A stretch of 61,583 nucleotides of DNA, filler included. It is 5 parts of 5 records of this genome, joined end to end, with 100 filler letters (N's around TTAATTAATTAA, not from the genome) between each part and the next. Parts side by side here need not be neighbours in the genome. Positions count along the whole stretch, not along the records: positions 8,611 to 23,500 come from DRR378314_1264; 4 more parts are not named here. One strand, written 5' to 3'. A model generated the notes under the pieces. That model saw nothing but the letters and a program-made list of their open reading frames with translations. It had not been told where the DNA came from and made no database searches. This document shows, piece by piece, positions 10,658 to 20,969 of the stretch. Each line of letters begins with the position of its first letter. Position 1 is the first letter of the stretch. A program made the translations under genes and the position numbers.

Positions 10658-12357
10658 AGTGTTACCTCCAGGCGTTGCAGGGTTTCCAGTATCCGCTCGG
10701 CGTCCGGGCTTTGCTCCAGCGCCGTGGCCCACACCCGGCGCGCATCGTCTTCTTCACCCAGCACCCACAGCACCTCGCCAAGGTGGGCGCTCACTTCCGG
10801 GTCCGGGAACTGGGCGTAGGCGCGGCGCAGGAACGGCAGAGCGTCCTCAGGCCGGCCCAGCCGGTAGAGCACCCAGCCCATGGAATCGAGAATCGCCGGG
10901 TCGTTGGGCTGCTGTTCCAGGGCGCGGCGAATCATCTCGTGGGCCTGCTCCAGATGCACGCCCTGATCCGCCCAGGTGTAACCCAGGGCGTTCAGCGCGG
11001 CGGGGTCGTCGGGTTGCTGTTCCAGCACCCGGCGCAGGTCCGCTTCCATGGCCTGATAATCGTCCAGGTTGCCGGCGGTCATCGCCCGGGCGTAGAGCAG
11101 TTCGGGATTGTCCGGGGCGGTTTCCAGTGCCCGGTCGAGCAGGGCCAGGGCGGATTGCGGGTCGCCGTTGGCGGCGCGCATATCGGCCTCGCTGATCCAC
11201 AGCAGGGTGGCCTGCTCCGGGTATTGATGGGTCAGGCTGGTGATCAGTGCGTGGGCCTGCTCGCCGCGGCCCTCGGCGTACATCAGCCGGGCGGCCTGCA
11301 CCTGCGCCTGCAGGCTTTCACCGCCTTTCACCTTCAGGTAGTAATCGATCGCGCTTTTGGTATTGCCGCGCTGCTCCGCCGCCTGGCCCAGATGCAGGCG
11401 CATTTCATTGGGGCGGTAACCTTGGCGCAGCAGCCGCTGCAGAATGGCCTCGGCGGAATCCATGGCGCCGGATTCCAGCGCCAGCAGAGCCAGGGAATAC
11501 TGCAGATCCAGGTCGCGGGGATTTTGCTCGGCCAGAGTGGTCAGTTGCTCGTTGGCCTGGCCGTAACGGCCGGCGGCCAGCAGCAGGCGCACATAGGCCA
11601 CCCGAGGGCGGCGCGCTTCGGGGGCGTCGTCGACGATATCGCTGAGCTCGCTCAGCGCCTTGTCACGGCGGCCCTGCTCAAACAGGATCTGGGTGCGCAG
11701 CAGCGCGGCTTCGCCGTGGTCCGGGTCCTGGTCCAGGGCGGTGTCCACCGCCTCCAGGGCGCCGTCCAGGTCGCTCTGCTGACGCCGGTCCAGGGCCCGG
11801 GCGTACCACAGCGGCGCCTGCTCCGGGTAGCGCTCGGCGAGCCCGGACAGGGCGTTGAGCAGCCGTTGGTTGGCGCCTTCGTCCAGGCCGCGCGCCTCCG
11901 CCACCAGCGGGATCAGCGCTTCGCTGCCGTGCACCGCGAGCAGCCGGTCGATGGATTCGGTGGCCTGTTCCGGGCGTTCCAACTGGATGTCGGCCAGCGC
12001 CGCCAGGCGCAGGGCGTCGGCATTATCGGGCTGGCGCTCCAGCCACAGGCCGGCCAGGTGCCGGGCCTGCTCATGCTCTTCCAGATAGGTGGCGAGCTTG
12101 GTGGCCTGAGCGATGATTTCCGGGTCGTGGGTGGTTTCCGCCGCCCGCGCGTAATAGGCCATGGTGACCCGCAGGCTTTGCCGTTGGGCGGCGCTTTCCG
12201 CCACCAGCAGATCGCCCAGGGTTTCGCCGTCGTATTCGATCGGCGGGAGGTCCCGGGGCGGCGCGGCCGGGGCGGGGTCTTGCGGTGTGGATGGCATCTG
12301 CGAGCAGCCGGCCAGGGCGAACAGGGCGGCGGCGAGGAGCGATGGGCGTGATTTCAT
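10654..12357 (-). CDS. Tetratricopeptide-repeat lipoprotein
   Basis: Lipobox LAGC, ALNALGYTWAD, ILDSMGWVLYRLG; conserved between hemA and lolB. Confidence 0.9.
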   Translation of the reverse strand: MKSRPSLLAAALFALAGCSQMPSTPQDPAPAAPPRDLPPIEYDGETLGDLLVAESAAQRQSLRVTMAYYARAAETTHDPEIIAQATKLATYLEEHEQARHLAGLWLERQPDNADALRLAALADIQLERPEQATESIDRLLAVHGSEALIPLVAEARGLDEGANQRLLNALSGLAERYPEQAPLWYARALDRRQQSDLDGALEAVDTALDQDPDHGEAALLRTQILFEQGRRDKALSELSDIVDDAPEARRPRVAYVRLLLAAGRYGQANEQLTTLAEQNPRDLDLQYSLALLALESGAMDSAEAILQRLLRQGYRPNEMRLHLGQAAEQRGNTKSAIDYYLKVKGGESLQAQVQAARLMYAEGRGEQAHALITSLTHQYPEQATLLWISEADMRAANGDPQSALALLDRALETAPDNPELLYARAMTAGNLDDYQAMEADLRRVLEQQPDDPAALNALGYTWADQGVHLEQAHEMIRRALEQQPNDPAILDSMGWVLYRLGRPEDALPFLRRAYAQFPDPEVSAHLGEVLWVLGEEDDARRVWATALEQSPDAERILETLQRLEVTL

Positions 12358-12513
12358 CGGCTGGCTATCAAAGGACATTGAGCCGCTACTATCGCACAGC
12401 CGCGCGCCGGCCCCAAGGGCGGGGGCGACGTTGTTTTGCGGGGCGCTTTCGCGCAAAATGCGACACCCTTGCGCGTATCAGGGCCTAACCCCATCGGGTC
12501 GTCATCATTTCTT

Positions 12514-13806
12514 ATGAATCTCATCGCAGTCGGCGTTAATCACACCACCGCGGATGTGGAGCTGCGCGAGCAGCTGGCATTTTCCGCCGCTCAAGCGGAT
12601 GACGCCCTGGTTGCCCTGCGCGAGCTTCCCGGTATCCGCGAAGCGGCGCTGCTGTCCACCTGCAACCGTACCGAAGTGTACTGCCTGATCGACGGCGAAA
12701 CGCCGGATTTCGGGGAGTGGCTGGCGCAGGCCCGGCGCATGCCGGTGGAGACCCTGCGGCGGGTCCTTTATACCCACCGGGACGAAAAAGCCCTGGAGCA
12801 CCTGATGCGGGTGGCCGGCGGCCTGGATTCCATGGTGCTCGGCGAACCGCAGATTCTCGGCCAGCTGCGCGAGGCCTACGCCCGCGCCCACGAGGCGGGG
12901 CTGATCAACGGCGAGCTGGGCCGGGTGTTCCAGGACGTGTTCTCGGTGGCCAAGCGCATCCGCACGGAAACCGGCATCGGCGCCAACCCGGTGTCGGTGG
13001 CCTACGCGGCGGTGTCGTTCGCTCGGCATATCTTCGCCGACCTGAAGCAGAGCCGCGCCCTGTTGATCGGCGCCGGCGAAATGATCGAGCTGGTGGCCCG
13101 GCACCTGGAAGAACAGCAGGTGCACGAAATCGTGATCGCCAACCGCACCCAGGGCCGCGCCGACGACCTGGCCGCCCAGGTGGGCGGACGCGGCATCGGC
13201 CTCGAAGAGCTGCCGGTGGCGCTGGAGCACGCGGACATTCTGATCTCCTGCACCGCCTCGCCGCTGCCGGTGCTGGGCAAGGGCACCGTGGAGCGGGCGC
13301 TCAAGCGCCGCCGCCACCGGCCGATGTTCATGGTGGATATCGCCGTGCCCCGCGACATCGAGCCGGAAGTCGGCGAACTGGACGACGTCTATCTGTACAC
13401 CGTGGATCACCTCCAGGAGGCGATCCAGGAAAACGTGCGCGCCCGCCAGGAAGCCGCCGAGCAGGCCGGCGCCCTGATCGACGAGGCGATTCGCCGCCAC
13501 CACCGCAGCCGCCGCGAACAGCGGGCCGTGGGGGTGCTGCGTGACTACCGGCGCCAGGGCACCGAGCTGGCCGACCAGGAGCTGCAGCGGGCCCTGGCGC
13601 AGTTGGAAAAGGGCGGCGACCCGGAACAGGTGCTGCGCCGCTTCAAACACAGCCTGGTCAACAAATGGCTGCACCAGCCGAGCGTGGGCCTGCGCCGGCT
13701 GGCCGCCGAAGGCCGCGCCGAGGCGCTCGCCATGGCGCGGGAAATACTGCTCGACCAGGATAACCTGGACGATCAGCCATCCGATCAGGAATCCGATCAA
13801 GAATAG
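12514..13806 (+). CDS. hemA: Glutamyl-tRNA reductase
   Basis: [37 protein letters not shown]. Confidence 0.97.
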   Translation: MNLIAVGVNHTTADVELREQLAFSAAQADDALVALRELPGIREAALLSTCNRTEVYCLIDGETPDFGEWLAQARRMPVETLRRVLYTHRDEKALEHLMRVAGGLDSMVLGEPQILGQLREAYARAHEAGLINGELGRVFQDVFSVAKRIRTETGIGANPVSVAYAAVSFARHIFADLKQSRALLIGAGEMIELVARHLEEQQVHEIVIANRTQGRADDLAAQVGGRGIGLEELPVALEHADILISCTASPLPVLGKGTVERALKRRRHRPMFMVDIAVPRDIEPEVGELDDVYLYTVDHLQEAIQENVRARQEAAEQAGALIDEAIRRHHRSRREQRAVGVLRDYRRQGTELADQELQRALAQLEKGGDPEQVLRRFKHSLVNKWLHQPSVGLRRLAAEGRAEALAMAREILLDQDNLDDQPSDQESDQE

Positions 13807-13816
13807 CGGGAACCCC

Positions 13817-14908
13817 ATGCAAGCATCGCTGAACGGCAAACTGGAAAAACTGATGGAGCGGTTCGAGGAGGTCAGCGGCCTGCTTTCCGATCCGGATATT
13901 ATTGCCGATCAGAAGCAATTCCGGAGCCTGTCCAAGGAGTACGCCGAGCTGGAAGCGGTGGTGAAGGCCTACCGCGCCTACCGGGCCAGCGAACAGGAAC
14001 TGGAAAGCGCCCGCGCCCTGCTCGACGACGGCGACCCGGAAATGCGCGAGATGGGCGCCGAGGAAGCCCGCCACGCCCAGCAGCGCATCGACGAGCTGGA
14101 CGAAGAATTGCAGCGCCTGATGTTGCCCCGCGACCCCCGCGACGGCGCCGACGTCTATCTGGAAATCCGCGCCGGCACCGGCGGCGACGAGGCGGCGCTG
14201 TTCGCCGGCGATCTGTTCAAGATGTACTCCCGCTACGCCGACCAGCGCGGCTGGAAAGTGGAGATCGTCAGCGCCAGCGAGGGCGAACACGGCGGCTATA
14301 AGGAAGTGATCGCCCAGGTGTCCGGCGACGACGTCTATTCGCGCCTCAAGTTCGAGTCCGGCGCCCACCGGGTGCAGCGGGTGCCGGCCACCGAATCCCA
14401 GGGCCGCATCCACACCTCGGCCTGCACGGTGGCGGTGCTGGCGGCGGCGGAGGACGCCGGCGACATCGAGATCCGTAACGAGGATCTGCGCATCGACACC
14501 TACCGCTCCTCCGGCGCCGGCGGCCAGCACGTCAACACCACCGATTCGGCGGTGCGCCTGACCCACCTGCCCACCGGCGTGGTGGTGGAGTGCCAGGACG
14601 AGCGCAGCCAGCACAAGAACAAGGCCAAGGCCATGTCGCTGCTCAAGGCGCGGCTGCTCGACGCCCGCGAAACCGCGGCCCACGCCGAACAGGCCGCCGA
14701 GCGCAAATCCATGGTCGGCTCCGGGGACCGCTCCGAACGCATCCGCACCTATAATTTCCCCCAGGGCCGGCTCACCGACCACCGCATCAATCTGACCCTG
14801 TACCGGCTCAACGAGATCATTGCCGGCGACCTGGACGAAGTGATTGGTGCCTTGCTGTCCGAGCACCAGGCCGGCCAGCTCGCCGCCCTCGCCGACGGGC
14901 AGGGCTAG
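13817..14908 (+). CDS. prfA: Peptide chain release factor 1
   Basis: [18 protein letters not shown] (PAT), GAGGQHVN. Confidence 0.98.
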   Translation: MQASLNGKLEKLMERFEEVSGLLSDPDIIADQKQFRSLSKEYAELEAVVKAYRAYRASEQELESARALLDDGDPEMREMGAEEARHAQQRIDELDEELQRLMLPRDPRDGADVYLEIRAGTGGDEAALFAGDLFKMYSRYADQRGWKVEIVSASEGEHGGYKEVIAQVSGDDVYSRLKFESGAHRVQRVPATESQGRIHTSACTVAVLAAAEDAGDIEIRNEDLRIDTYRSSGAGGQHVNTTDSAVRLTHLPTGVVVECQDERSQHKNKAKAMSLLKARLLDARETAAHAEQAAERKSMVGSGDRSERIRTYNFPQGRLTDHRINLTLYRLNEIIAGDLDEVIGALLSEHQAGQLAALADGQG

Positions 14909-14917
14909 GCGGTCGCC

Positions 14918-15739
14918 GTGCGACTGGACGACGCCCTGCGCCAGGCCCGCGAACAGCTGGCCGCTTCGCCCAGCCCGGGCCTGGACGCGGAACTGCTGCT
15001 TTGCCGCGTGATCGGTGAATCGCGCACCTACCTGCGCACCTGGCCGGAGCGCACCCTCAGCGACAGCCAGCAGCGGGTGTTCCAGGCCCTGGTGCGGCGC
15101 CGCGCCGAGGGCGAACCGGTGGCCCACCTCACCGGCGAGCGGGAATTCTTCGGCCGGCCGTTTCTGGTCAACCCGCACACCCTGATCCCGCGCCCGGACA
15201 CCGAAACCCTGGTGGAAGCGGTGCTGGAAACCCTCCCCGAGAGCGAATTGCGGGCGGTGGACCTGGGCACCGGCAGCGGCGCCATCGGCGTCACCCTGGC
15301 GCTGGAACGCCCGGCCTGGAGCCTGACCCTCACCGACGCCAGCCGGCCGGCCCTGGCGGTGGCGCGGGACAACGCCGAGCGCCTGGGCGCCCGGGTCGGC
15401 CTGGTGTGCTGCGACTGGCTCGACGGCCTGGGCGGCCCCTTCGATCTGATCGTCAGCAACCCGCCCTACATCGATCCGCAGGACGCGCATCTGGAGCAGG
15501 GCGACCTGCGCTTTGAGCCGCGCTCGGCGCTGGCCGCCAACGATCACGGCCTCGCCGACCTGCGCGTGATCGCCGCCCAGGCCCACGACACCCTGGCGCC
15601 GGGCGGCTGGCTGGTGCTCGAGCACGGCTTCGACCAGGGCGGCGCGGTGCGCACTTTGCTCGGCGAACGGGGTTTCCAGGACGTGACCACCCGGCAGGAC
15701 CTGGAAGGCCGCGACAGGGTAACCTTGGGCCATGTCTGA
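14918..15739 (+). CDS. prmC: Release factor glutamine methyltransferase
   Basis: LIPRPDTE, DLGTGSGAI, SNPPY. Confidence 0.96.
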   Translation: MRLDDALRQAREQLAASPSPGLDAELLLCRVIGESRTYLRTWPERTLSDSQQRVFQALVRRRAEGEPVAHLTGEREFFGRPFLVNPHTLIPRPDTETLVEAVLETLPESELRAVDLGTGSGAIGVTLALERPAWSLTLTDASRPALAVARDNAERLGARVGLVCCDWLDGLGGPFDLIVSNPPYIDPQDAHLEQGDLRFEPRSALAANDHGLADLRVIAAQAHDTLAPGGWLVLEHGFDQGGAVRTLLGERGFQDVTTRQDLEGRDRVTLGHV

Positions 15740-16496
15740 CTACCACGGCGACGCCCTCAACGACGATCAGCTGCTGCGCTATAGCCGGCAGCTGCTGCTT
15801 CAGGAATTTGATCTCGACGGCCAGCAGGCGCTGGCCGGCGCCACCGTACTGCTGGTGGGCTGCGGCGGCCTGGCCAATCCGGCGTCGCTGTATCTGGCCG
15901 GCGCCGGGGTGGGGCGGTTGCTGTTGGTGGACGATGACCGGGTCGACGCCAGCAACCTGCACCGGCAAATCGCCTTTCGCGGCGACCAGGTGGGCGAGGG
16001 CAAGGCCGGGGCGCTGGCGGCGCAGCTGCGCGCGCTCAACCCGGACGTGCTGGTCGAGCCCCACGCCGCCCGCGCCGACCGTGAATGGCTGGACCGGCAC
16101 GTGCCCGACGTCGATCTGGTGCTCGACTGCAGCGACAACTTCGCCACCCGCCAGGCCGCCAATGCCGCCTGTGTGGCGCACCGCAAACCGCTGGTGAGCG
16201 GCGCCGCCATCCGTCTCGACGGCCAGCTGGCGGTATTTGATCTGCGCCGTCCGGACAGCGCCTGCTACGCCTGCGTGTACGGCGCCGGCACCGACGGCGA
16301 CCTGGCCTGCAGCGAAGCGGGCATCCTCGGGCCGGTGGTCGGCACCGTGGGCACCCTGCAGGCGCTGCTCGCCATTCATCTGCTCACCGGTACCCCGGTG
16401 GCGCCGGTGCTGAGAGTTTTCGACGGCCGCACCCTGGGCTGGCGCGAAGTGGCCTTCAAGAAGGACCCGGGCTGCCCGGTGTGCGGCGCTGGCTAG
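15732..16496 (+). CDS. moeB: MoeB/ThiF-family adenylyltransferase
   Basis: RYSRQLLL, GCGGL, SNLHRQ, CYAC and CPVC zinc motifs. Confidence 0.85.
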   Translation: MSDYHGDALNDDQLLRYSRQLLLQEFDLDGQQALAGATVLLVGCGGLANPASLYLAGAGVGRLLLVDDDRVDASNLHRQIAFRGDQVGEGKAGALAAQLRALNPDVLVEPHAARADREWLDRHVPDVDLVLDCSDNFATRQAANAACVAHRKPLVSGAAIRLDGQLAVFDLRRPDSACYACVYGAGTDGDLACSEAGILGPVVGTVGTLQALLAIHLLTGTPVAPVLRVFDGRTLGWREVAFKKDPGCPVCGAG

Positions 16497-17227
16497 CCGG
16501 CGGTGGCCGACCGGTACTGTTCAAAAAAAGCCCGGCTGTCGGCGTAGGCGCCGAAAATACCGCCCTCCCGCTCCAGGCTGTTCAGCACTCCCTGATGCAG
16601 GTCCGGGCGCGCGGCGCCGCAGCAATCTTCCAGCAGCAGACAATCGAACCCGCGATCATTGGCTTCACGCATGGTCGAGGACACGCACACGTCGGTGGTG
16701 ACGCCGAGCAGCAGCAGATGGCGAATCCCCCGGCTGCGCAATATCTGCTCCAGGTCGGTGGCGTAGAAAGCGCCGTTGCCGCACTTGTCCACCACCGGCT
16801 CGCCGTCCAGCGGCCGCATCTCGTCAATAAAATCCCAGCCTTCCTCGTCGCGCACCAGCAGCCGGCCGAGCGGCCCGGGGCTGCCGATGGCGGCGCCGGC
16901 GCGGGCCGCGCGCAGGCGCTTGCAGTCGTTCAGGTCGGACAGGTCACGGCGGTGGCCCTCGCGGGTATGGACCACCGTCAGGCCCAGTTCCCGGGCCGCC
17001 GCGAGGGCGTCGCGGGCCGGCGCCACGCTGCGCCGGGTGTGTTCCAGCGATTCACCGAGGCTGGCGAAGTAGCCGCGCGGATCAAGAAAGTCCTTCTGCA
17101 TGTCGATGGCCAGCAGCGCGGTGTCGTCGGCGCGCCACCGGCCCGCCACCGGCCAGGGGTAGGGCACGCTGCAGCGGCTGCTGTCGAACGCGTCCAGCGG
17201 TATCTTCGGAGCGGAGACGCTGTTCAT
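16493..17227 (-). CDS. Isochorismatase-like cysteine hydrolase, BiuH/GuuH subfamily (candidate guanylurea hydrolase)
   Basis: PYPWP, IDMQKDF, HTREGH..DL, DKCGNGAFYATDL, GVTTDVCVSSTMREANDRG, EGGIFG. Confidence 0.85.
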   Translation of the reverse strand: MNSVSAPKIPLDAFDSSRCSVPYPWPVAGRWRADDTALLAIDMQKDFLDPRGYFASLGESLEHTRRSVAPARDALAAARELGLTVVHTREGHRRDLSDLNDCKRLRAARAGAAIGSPGPLGRLLVRDEEGWDFIDEMRPLDGEPVVDKCGNGAFYATDLEQILRSRGIRHLLLLGVTTDVCVSSTMREANDRGFDCLLLEDCCGAARPDLHQGVLNSLEREGGIFGAYADSRAFFEQYRSATAG

Positions 17228-18300
17228 TGGTCGCTCCCCTCGGCCTCTTCCAGCCAGGTGGTGGGGAAGCGCAGTTTGACGTTATCCGCGTTGCCGATGA
17301 CGGCGCCGGTGCCGCTTTCGATGCCGACGAAACCGGCGCTGGGCACCCCTTCGCCGAGCAGGCCGTGCTCGAACGCGAAGCCGGTGATCTGCTTCTGCGT
17401 GGCGACGAACTCTTCGCCGGTAATCAGAGCTTGTGCCTGCTCCGGGTCCAGGAAGTCGATGGTGCGCAGCTGGCTGCGGGCCCCGGCCAGGTCCGTGTTG
17501 AGGGTGTCGGCGGTGAACGCCATCAGGGCGTCGTGGCGCGGGTGTTCCGGGTCCAGCAGGGCGGCGGCTTCGTACCAGGCGCCGGCGATGGCGCGGCCCA
17601 GGTCCGGGTTATCCCGCACTGCCTCGGTGCGCAGGATCATGGTGTCCAGCAATTCGCCGTAGATGTCCGAGGAATCAAACACCAGGGTGGTGTCCGGGTA
17701 CTGGGCGAGAATTTCGCTGAGCTGCGGTTTCCAGGTGGCCACGGCCTGGGTATCCGAGGACTCGAACACACTGGCGATGTCCGCGTCCGAGGTGTTGACC
17801 ACGGTCACGTCCCGCTCGCTCAGGCCCTGGGTCTGCAGAGCCCGGGCCAGCATGTAGTGGGAGCCGGACAGCTCCACCAGATTGATCCGCGTGCCCTCCA
17901 GGTCGGCCACGCTTTTGTCCTTGCCGCGCAGCACGATGCCGTCGCTGCCGTTGGAGGTGCTCAGCGGCATGATCACGGTGGTGTCCACGCCGGAGGCGGC
18001 GGGAATGGTGAGCGCGTCCAGCGACATGGCGATCACCGCGTCGAACTGGCCCAGGGAAAACTGGGTGATGGCTTCCACGTAATCGTTCATCTGCACCGCT
18101 TCCAGATCGAAGCCGTAGCGGTCGCCCCATTTCTCCAGAATGCCGTTTTCCTCGGCGTAGGCCAGGGGCATGGAGCCGGCGTACAGGGTCCAGGCGACGC
18201 TGTAGGATTCGCGGGCCTGGGTCGGGCCGGTGACGGCCACGAGCAACAGGGTAAGCAGCAGGGCGGGGCCCCGGGTCAGGCGCTTGGCGCTAACGTGCAT
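17224..18300 (-). CDS. ABC substrate-binding protein, 'putative urea'/guanidine (urea-carboxylase-region) family
   Basis: Signal peptide; AWTLYAG.MP, NDYVE, DALTIPAA.GVDTT, SNG.DGIVL, VVNTSDAD, GAWYE. Confidence 0.8.
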   Translation of the reverse strand: MHVSAKRLTRGPALLLTLLLVAVTGPTQARESYSVAWTLYAGSMPLAYAEENGILEKWGDRYGFDLEAVQMNDYVEAITQFSLGQFDAVIAMSLDALTIPAASGVDTTVIMPLSTSNGSDGIVLRGKDKSVADLEGTRINLVELSGSHYMLARALQTQGLSERDVTVVNTSDADIASVFESSDTQAVATWKPQLSEILAQYPDTTLVFDSSDIYGELLDTMILRTEAVRDNPDLGRAIAGAWYEAAALLDPEHPRHDALMAFTADTLNTDLAGARSQLRTIDFLDPEQAQALITGEEFVATQKQITGFAFEHGLLGEGVPSAGFVGIESGTGAVIGNADNVKLRFPTTWLEEAEGSDQ

Positions 18301-18377
18301 GACGATCTCCCGAAAGTGTAAGCGAGCCTCCACCATAAAAAGCGGGCGGCCCGGCTAACATGACGGAGCTTGCAGGT

Positions 18378-19280
18378 TCACGTGCGCACCGCCGCCAGCA
18401 GTGCCTCGACGAACGCCTGGATAACCGGCCGGCTGGCGCTGTCCGGGTGCATCGCCACCTGCAGATCGCTGGCGTGGCGCAGGCGTTCGGTGTCCAGCGC
18501 GACCAGCTCGCCGCGGGCCACCCAGGGCGCGGCGTAATGATCCGGCAAAAAGCCCAGGTGGCCGCCGCTGAGAATCAGCACGGCGATCGCTTCCAGGTTG
18601 GCGGTGAAGGTAATGCGCTCGCGCTCGCCGAGATTGAGCAACGCCATTTCCTGGTCGTGCAGAAAACGCCGGGACACCAGGCGGCTTTTCGCCAGGACGT
18701 CGCGGCGCCGGCCGGCGGGCACGCCGACGATCGGGTGGTCGGCGGCGGCATAGAGGTTGTCGGTTTCCTGATAGAGCGGCTGGTAGTGAAGCTGGTCGTG
18801 GCGGCTTTCAAACACGCTGATCGCCAGGTCCAGCCGTTTCTCCAGCAACTGCCGCTCCATCTCTTCCGGGGCCAGCACCTCCAGGCCCAGGCGCACCTCA
18901 TCGCGGGGCGGGCTCTGGAAGGCGCGCAGCGCCGGCACCAGCGGACAGTTCGGGTCGGTGATGATGTTGTCGATAATGCCCAGCCGCAGTTGCCCGCTGG
19001 CCACGCCGCGCAGCCCCTCCACGGTCTGTTCGAAGCCGCGCAGCGAGGTGAACAGCCGCAGCGCCTGCTGGTGCACGGTTTCCCCTTCCGGAGTGAGCCG
19101 GAAGCCCTGGCGGCCCCGCTCGCACAGGCGCACGCCCAGGCGGCTTTCCAGCTGGCTGAGCGCGCGGCTGATGGTGGAGGCGTCCTTGTTGAGCGGCCCC
19201 TGGGCATTGGCGATGCCGTTGGCTTCCACCACGGCGAAGAAAATCTGCAGCGAATTCAGGTCGGCGCCGGCCAGTTTCAT
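18378..19280 (-). CDS. LysR-family transcriptional regulator
   Basis: N-terminal HTH (STISRALSQLESRLGVRLCERG), LILSGGHLGFLPDHYA. Confidence 0.93.
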   Translation of the reverse strand: MKLAGADLNSLQIFFAVVEANGIANAQGPLNKDASTISRALSQLESRLGVRLCERGRQGFRLTPEGETVHQQALRLFTSLRGFEQTVEGLRGVASGQLRLGIIDNIITDPNCPLVPALRAFQSPPRDEVRLGLEVLAPEEMERQLLEKRLDLAISVFESRHDQLHYQPLYQETDNLYAAADHPIVGVPAGRRRDVLAKSRLVSRRFLHDQEMALLNLGERERITFTANLEAIAVLILSGGHLGFLPDHYAAPWVARGELVALDTERLRHASDLQVAMHPDSASRPVIQAFVEALLAAVRT

Positions 19281-20065
19281 GGCGTTCTCCCGGAAAGCGT
19301 CACCACCTGGGCGTTCAGTTCGGTGATCTGGCGCGCCATGTCGGTCATCAGGCCGTGGATCAGCGACGGCTTGGCGCGGATCAGGTGATGGAAACCGTCG
19401 CTGGGAATGTGCATCGCCGCGCAGCGGCTGCGGGCGCGCACGGTGGCGCCACGGGGCGCGCCGGTGAGCACCGCGATGGCGCCCAGCAGCTCGCCCTCGG
19501 TGACCCGGCCCACCACCACGTCGTCGACCAGCACATCGGCTTCGCCCTCGAACAGGTTGTAGACGCCGTCGGCGCGGTCGCCCTGGCGCAGTATCAGATC
19601 GCCGGGGTGGAAATAGGCGAAGCGCGAGCCGGTGTGGTTTTCCTCCGGCGTCAGCGCGGCCAGGCAGCGGGTCAGCAGCGCCTGCTGCGTGATCAGCAAC
19701 TCGCTCCAGCGACGCGCCCGTTCGGGAACGGCGAGGATTTCCTCGAGCAGGTCGACGAAATCATAGCCGGCCAGCAGCACCGCGCCGTCCGCCTGAAAGG
19801 TGACGCCGTCGTCCGGGTCCGGGACGATCACGTCGCCTTCGTCCCACAGCAACAGGCGCCGCCCCTGGCAGCAGGCCGCCAGGGTGCCGCCGCGCACCAC
19901 GTACAGGCGCTGCGCGGCCAGGCCATCGCGGCGGGCGTCGGTGGTGGCGGGCAGCGACAGGCTCCGTGGTGTTTGGCGCAGGCCGCGGATCACGGCGTCG
20001 CCCAGTTGTTTGTAGTGTCGGGCCAGAGCGGGCAGGCCTTCCAGCGGTTCGCCCAGGGGTATCAT
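19277..20065 (-). CDS. Cyclic-nucleotide-binding domain protein
   Basis: GDLILRQGDRAD..GEADV..GELLGAIA..PRGATVRA; no C-terminal HTH. Confidence 0.8.
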   Translation of the reverse strand: MIPLGEPLEGLPALARHYKQLGDAVIRGLRQTPRSLSLPATTDARRDGLAAQRLYVVRGGTLAACCQGRRLLLWDEGDVIVPDPDDGVTFQADGAVLLAGYDFVDLLEEILAVPERARRWSELLITQQALLTRCLAALTPEENHTGSRFAYFHPGDLILRQGDRADGVYNLFEGEADVLVDDVVVGRVTEGELLGAIAVLTGAPRGATVRARSRCAAMHIPSDGFHHLIRAKPSLIHGLMTDMARQITELNAQVVTLSGRTP

Positions 20066-20162
20066 GCGTTGCGTACTTCCACGGCTTGCGACGGGTTGAA
20101 AAGGCTAAGCAGAGATTATGCCATCTTGATGACCCGGGTGCGGCGCGGTGACGGGCTGGGCG

Positions 20163-20969
20163 TCAGTAGTCCCGCTGGCGGGGACGGAAGCGGGGCTCGC
20201 GCTTTTTCAGGTTGGCGGCCATGGCCTCGCCCTGATTGCGGCCGCGCAGCAGCTTGAACTGCAGGCTGGATTCCCGGTCGAAAGCCTGGTCCTCGGCGGC
20301 ATGGCGGGTGCTGTGGAACAGCGCCTTGGTGGCGCTGACCGCGTCCGGCGAGCGGGTGAGGATGGCGTCGGCCAGGGCCCGCGCCGCCTGTTCGGGCTGC
20401 TCCGCCACCTGCGTGACCAGGTGCAGGGTTTTGGCTTCCACGGCGTCGAAACGGCGGCCGGTCATGGCCAGTTCCTTGGCCACATCCATGGGCACTAATT
20501 CGCGCAAAGTGACGGTTCCGGTCATGTCCGGGATCAGCCCCCATTTGCTTTCCATCACCGACAGCTCGCAGTCCGGCGTGGCGATGCGGAAATCCGCCGC
20601 CAGCGCCAGCTGCAGGCCGCCGCCGTAGCAGTAGCCGTGCAGCACCGCGATCACCGGCACCGGCAGTTCCCGCCAGGCCCAGCAGGCCTGCTGGAACAGG
20701 TTGGTTTTCTTGACGCCGAACTTGGTGAACGCCAGCAGCATTTTCAGCGGCGTTTTGGTAACGGTGGCGAAGTCGAGCCCGGCGCAGAACGCCTTGCCTT
20801 CACCGCGCAGAATCACCACCCGCACGTCACGGTTCTTTTTTACCGCCTTGGCGGTGCGAACCAGCGCCTGGAGCATCTCCAGATCCAGGCCGTTGTACTT
20901 TTCCGGTCGATTCAGCGATACCGTCGCGATGTGGCCTTCGATCGAAAGTGTGACGCGCGGTTCGTTCAT
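20163..20969 (-). CDS. Crotonase/enoyl-CoA hydratase family protein
   Basis: [37 protein letters not shown]. Confidence 0.92.
   Translation of the reverse strand: MNEPRVTLSIEGHIATVSLNRPEKYNGLDLEMLQALVRTAKAVKKNRDVRVVILRGEGKAFCAGLDFATVTKTPLKMLLAFTKFGVKKTNLFQQACWAWRELPVPVIAVLHGYCYGGGLQLALAADFRIATPDCELSVMESKWGLIPDMTGTVTLRELVPMDVAKELAMTGRRFDAVEAKTLHLVTQVAEQPEQAARALADAILTRSPDAVSATKALFHSTRHAAEDQAFDRESSLQFKLLRGRNQGEAMAANLKKREPRFRPRQRDY

Noticed and set aside
13658-15733. Long antisense ORFs (also 10675-12351, 12505-13839, 20978-22348, 42494-44095)
   Set aside because: Shadow frames of real genes, expected in high-GC3 DNA
18301-18377. Guanidine riboswitch upstream of the binding protein
   Set aside because: Spacer is short and no ykkC-type or twin ACGR-loop hairpins are recognisable
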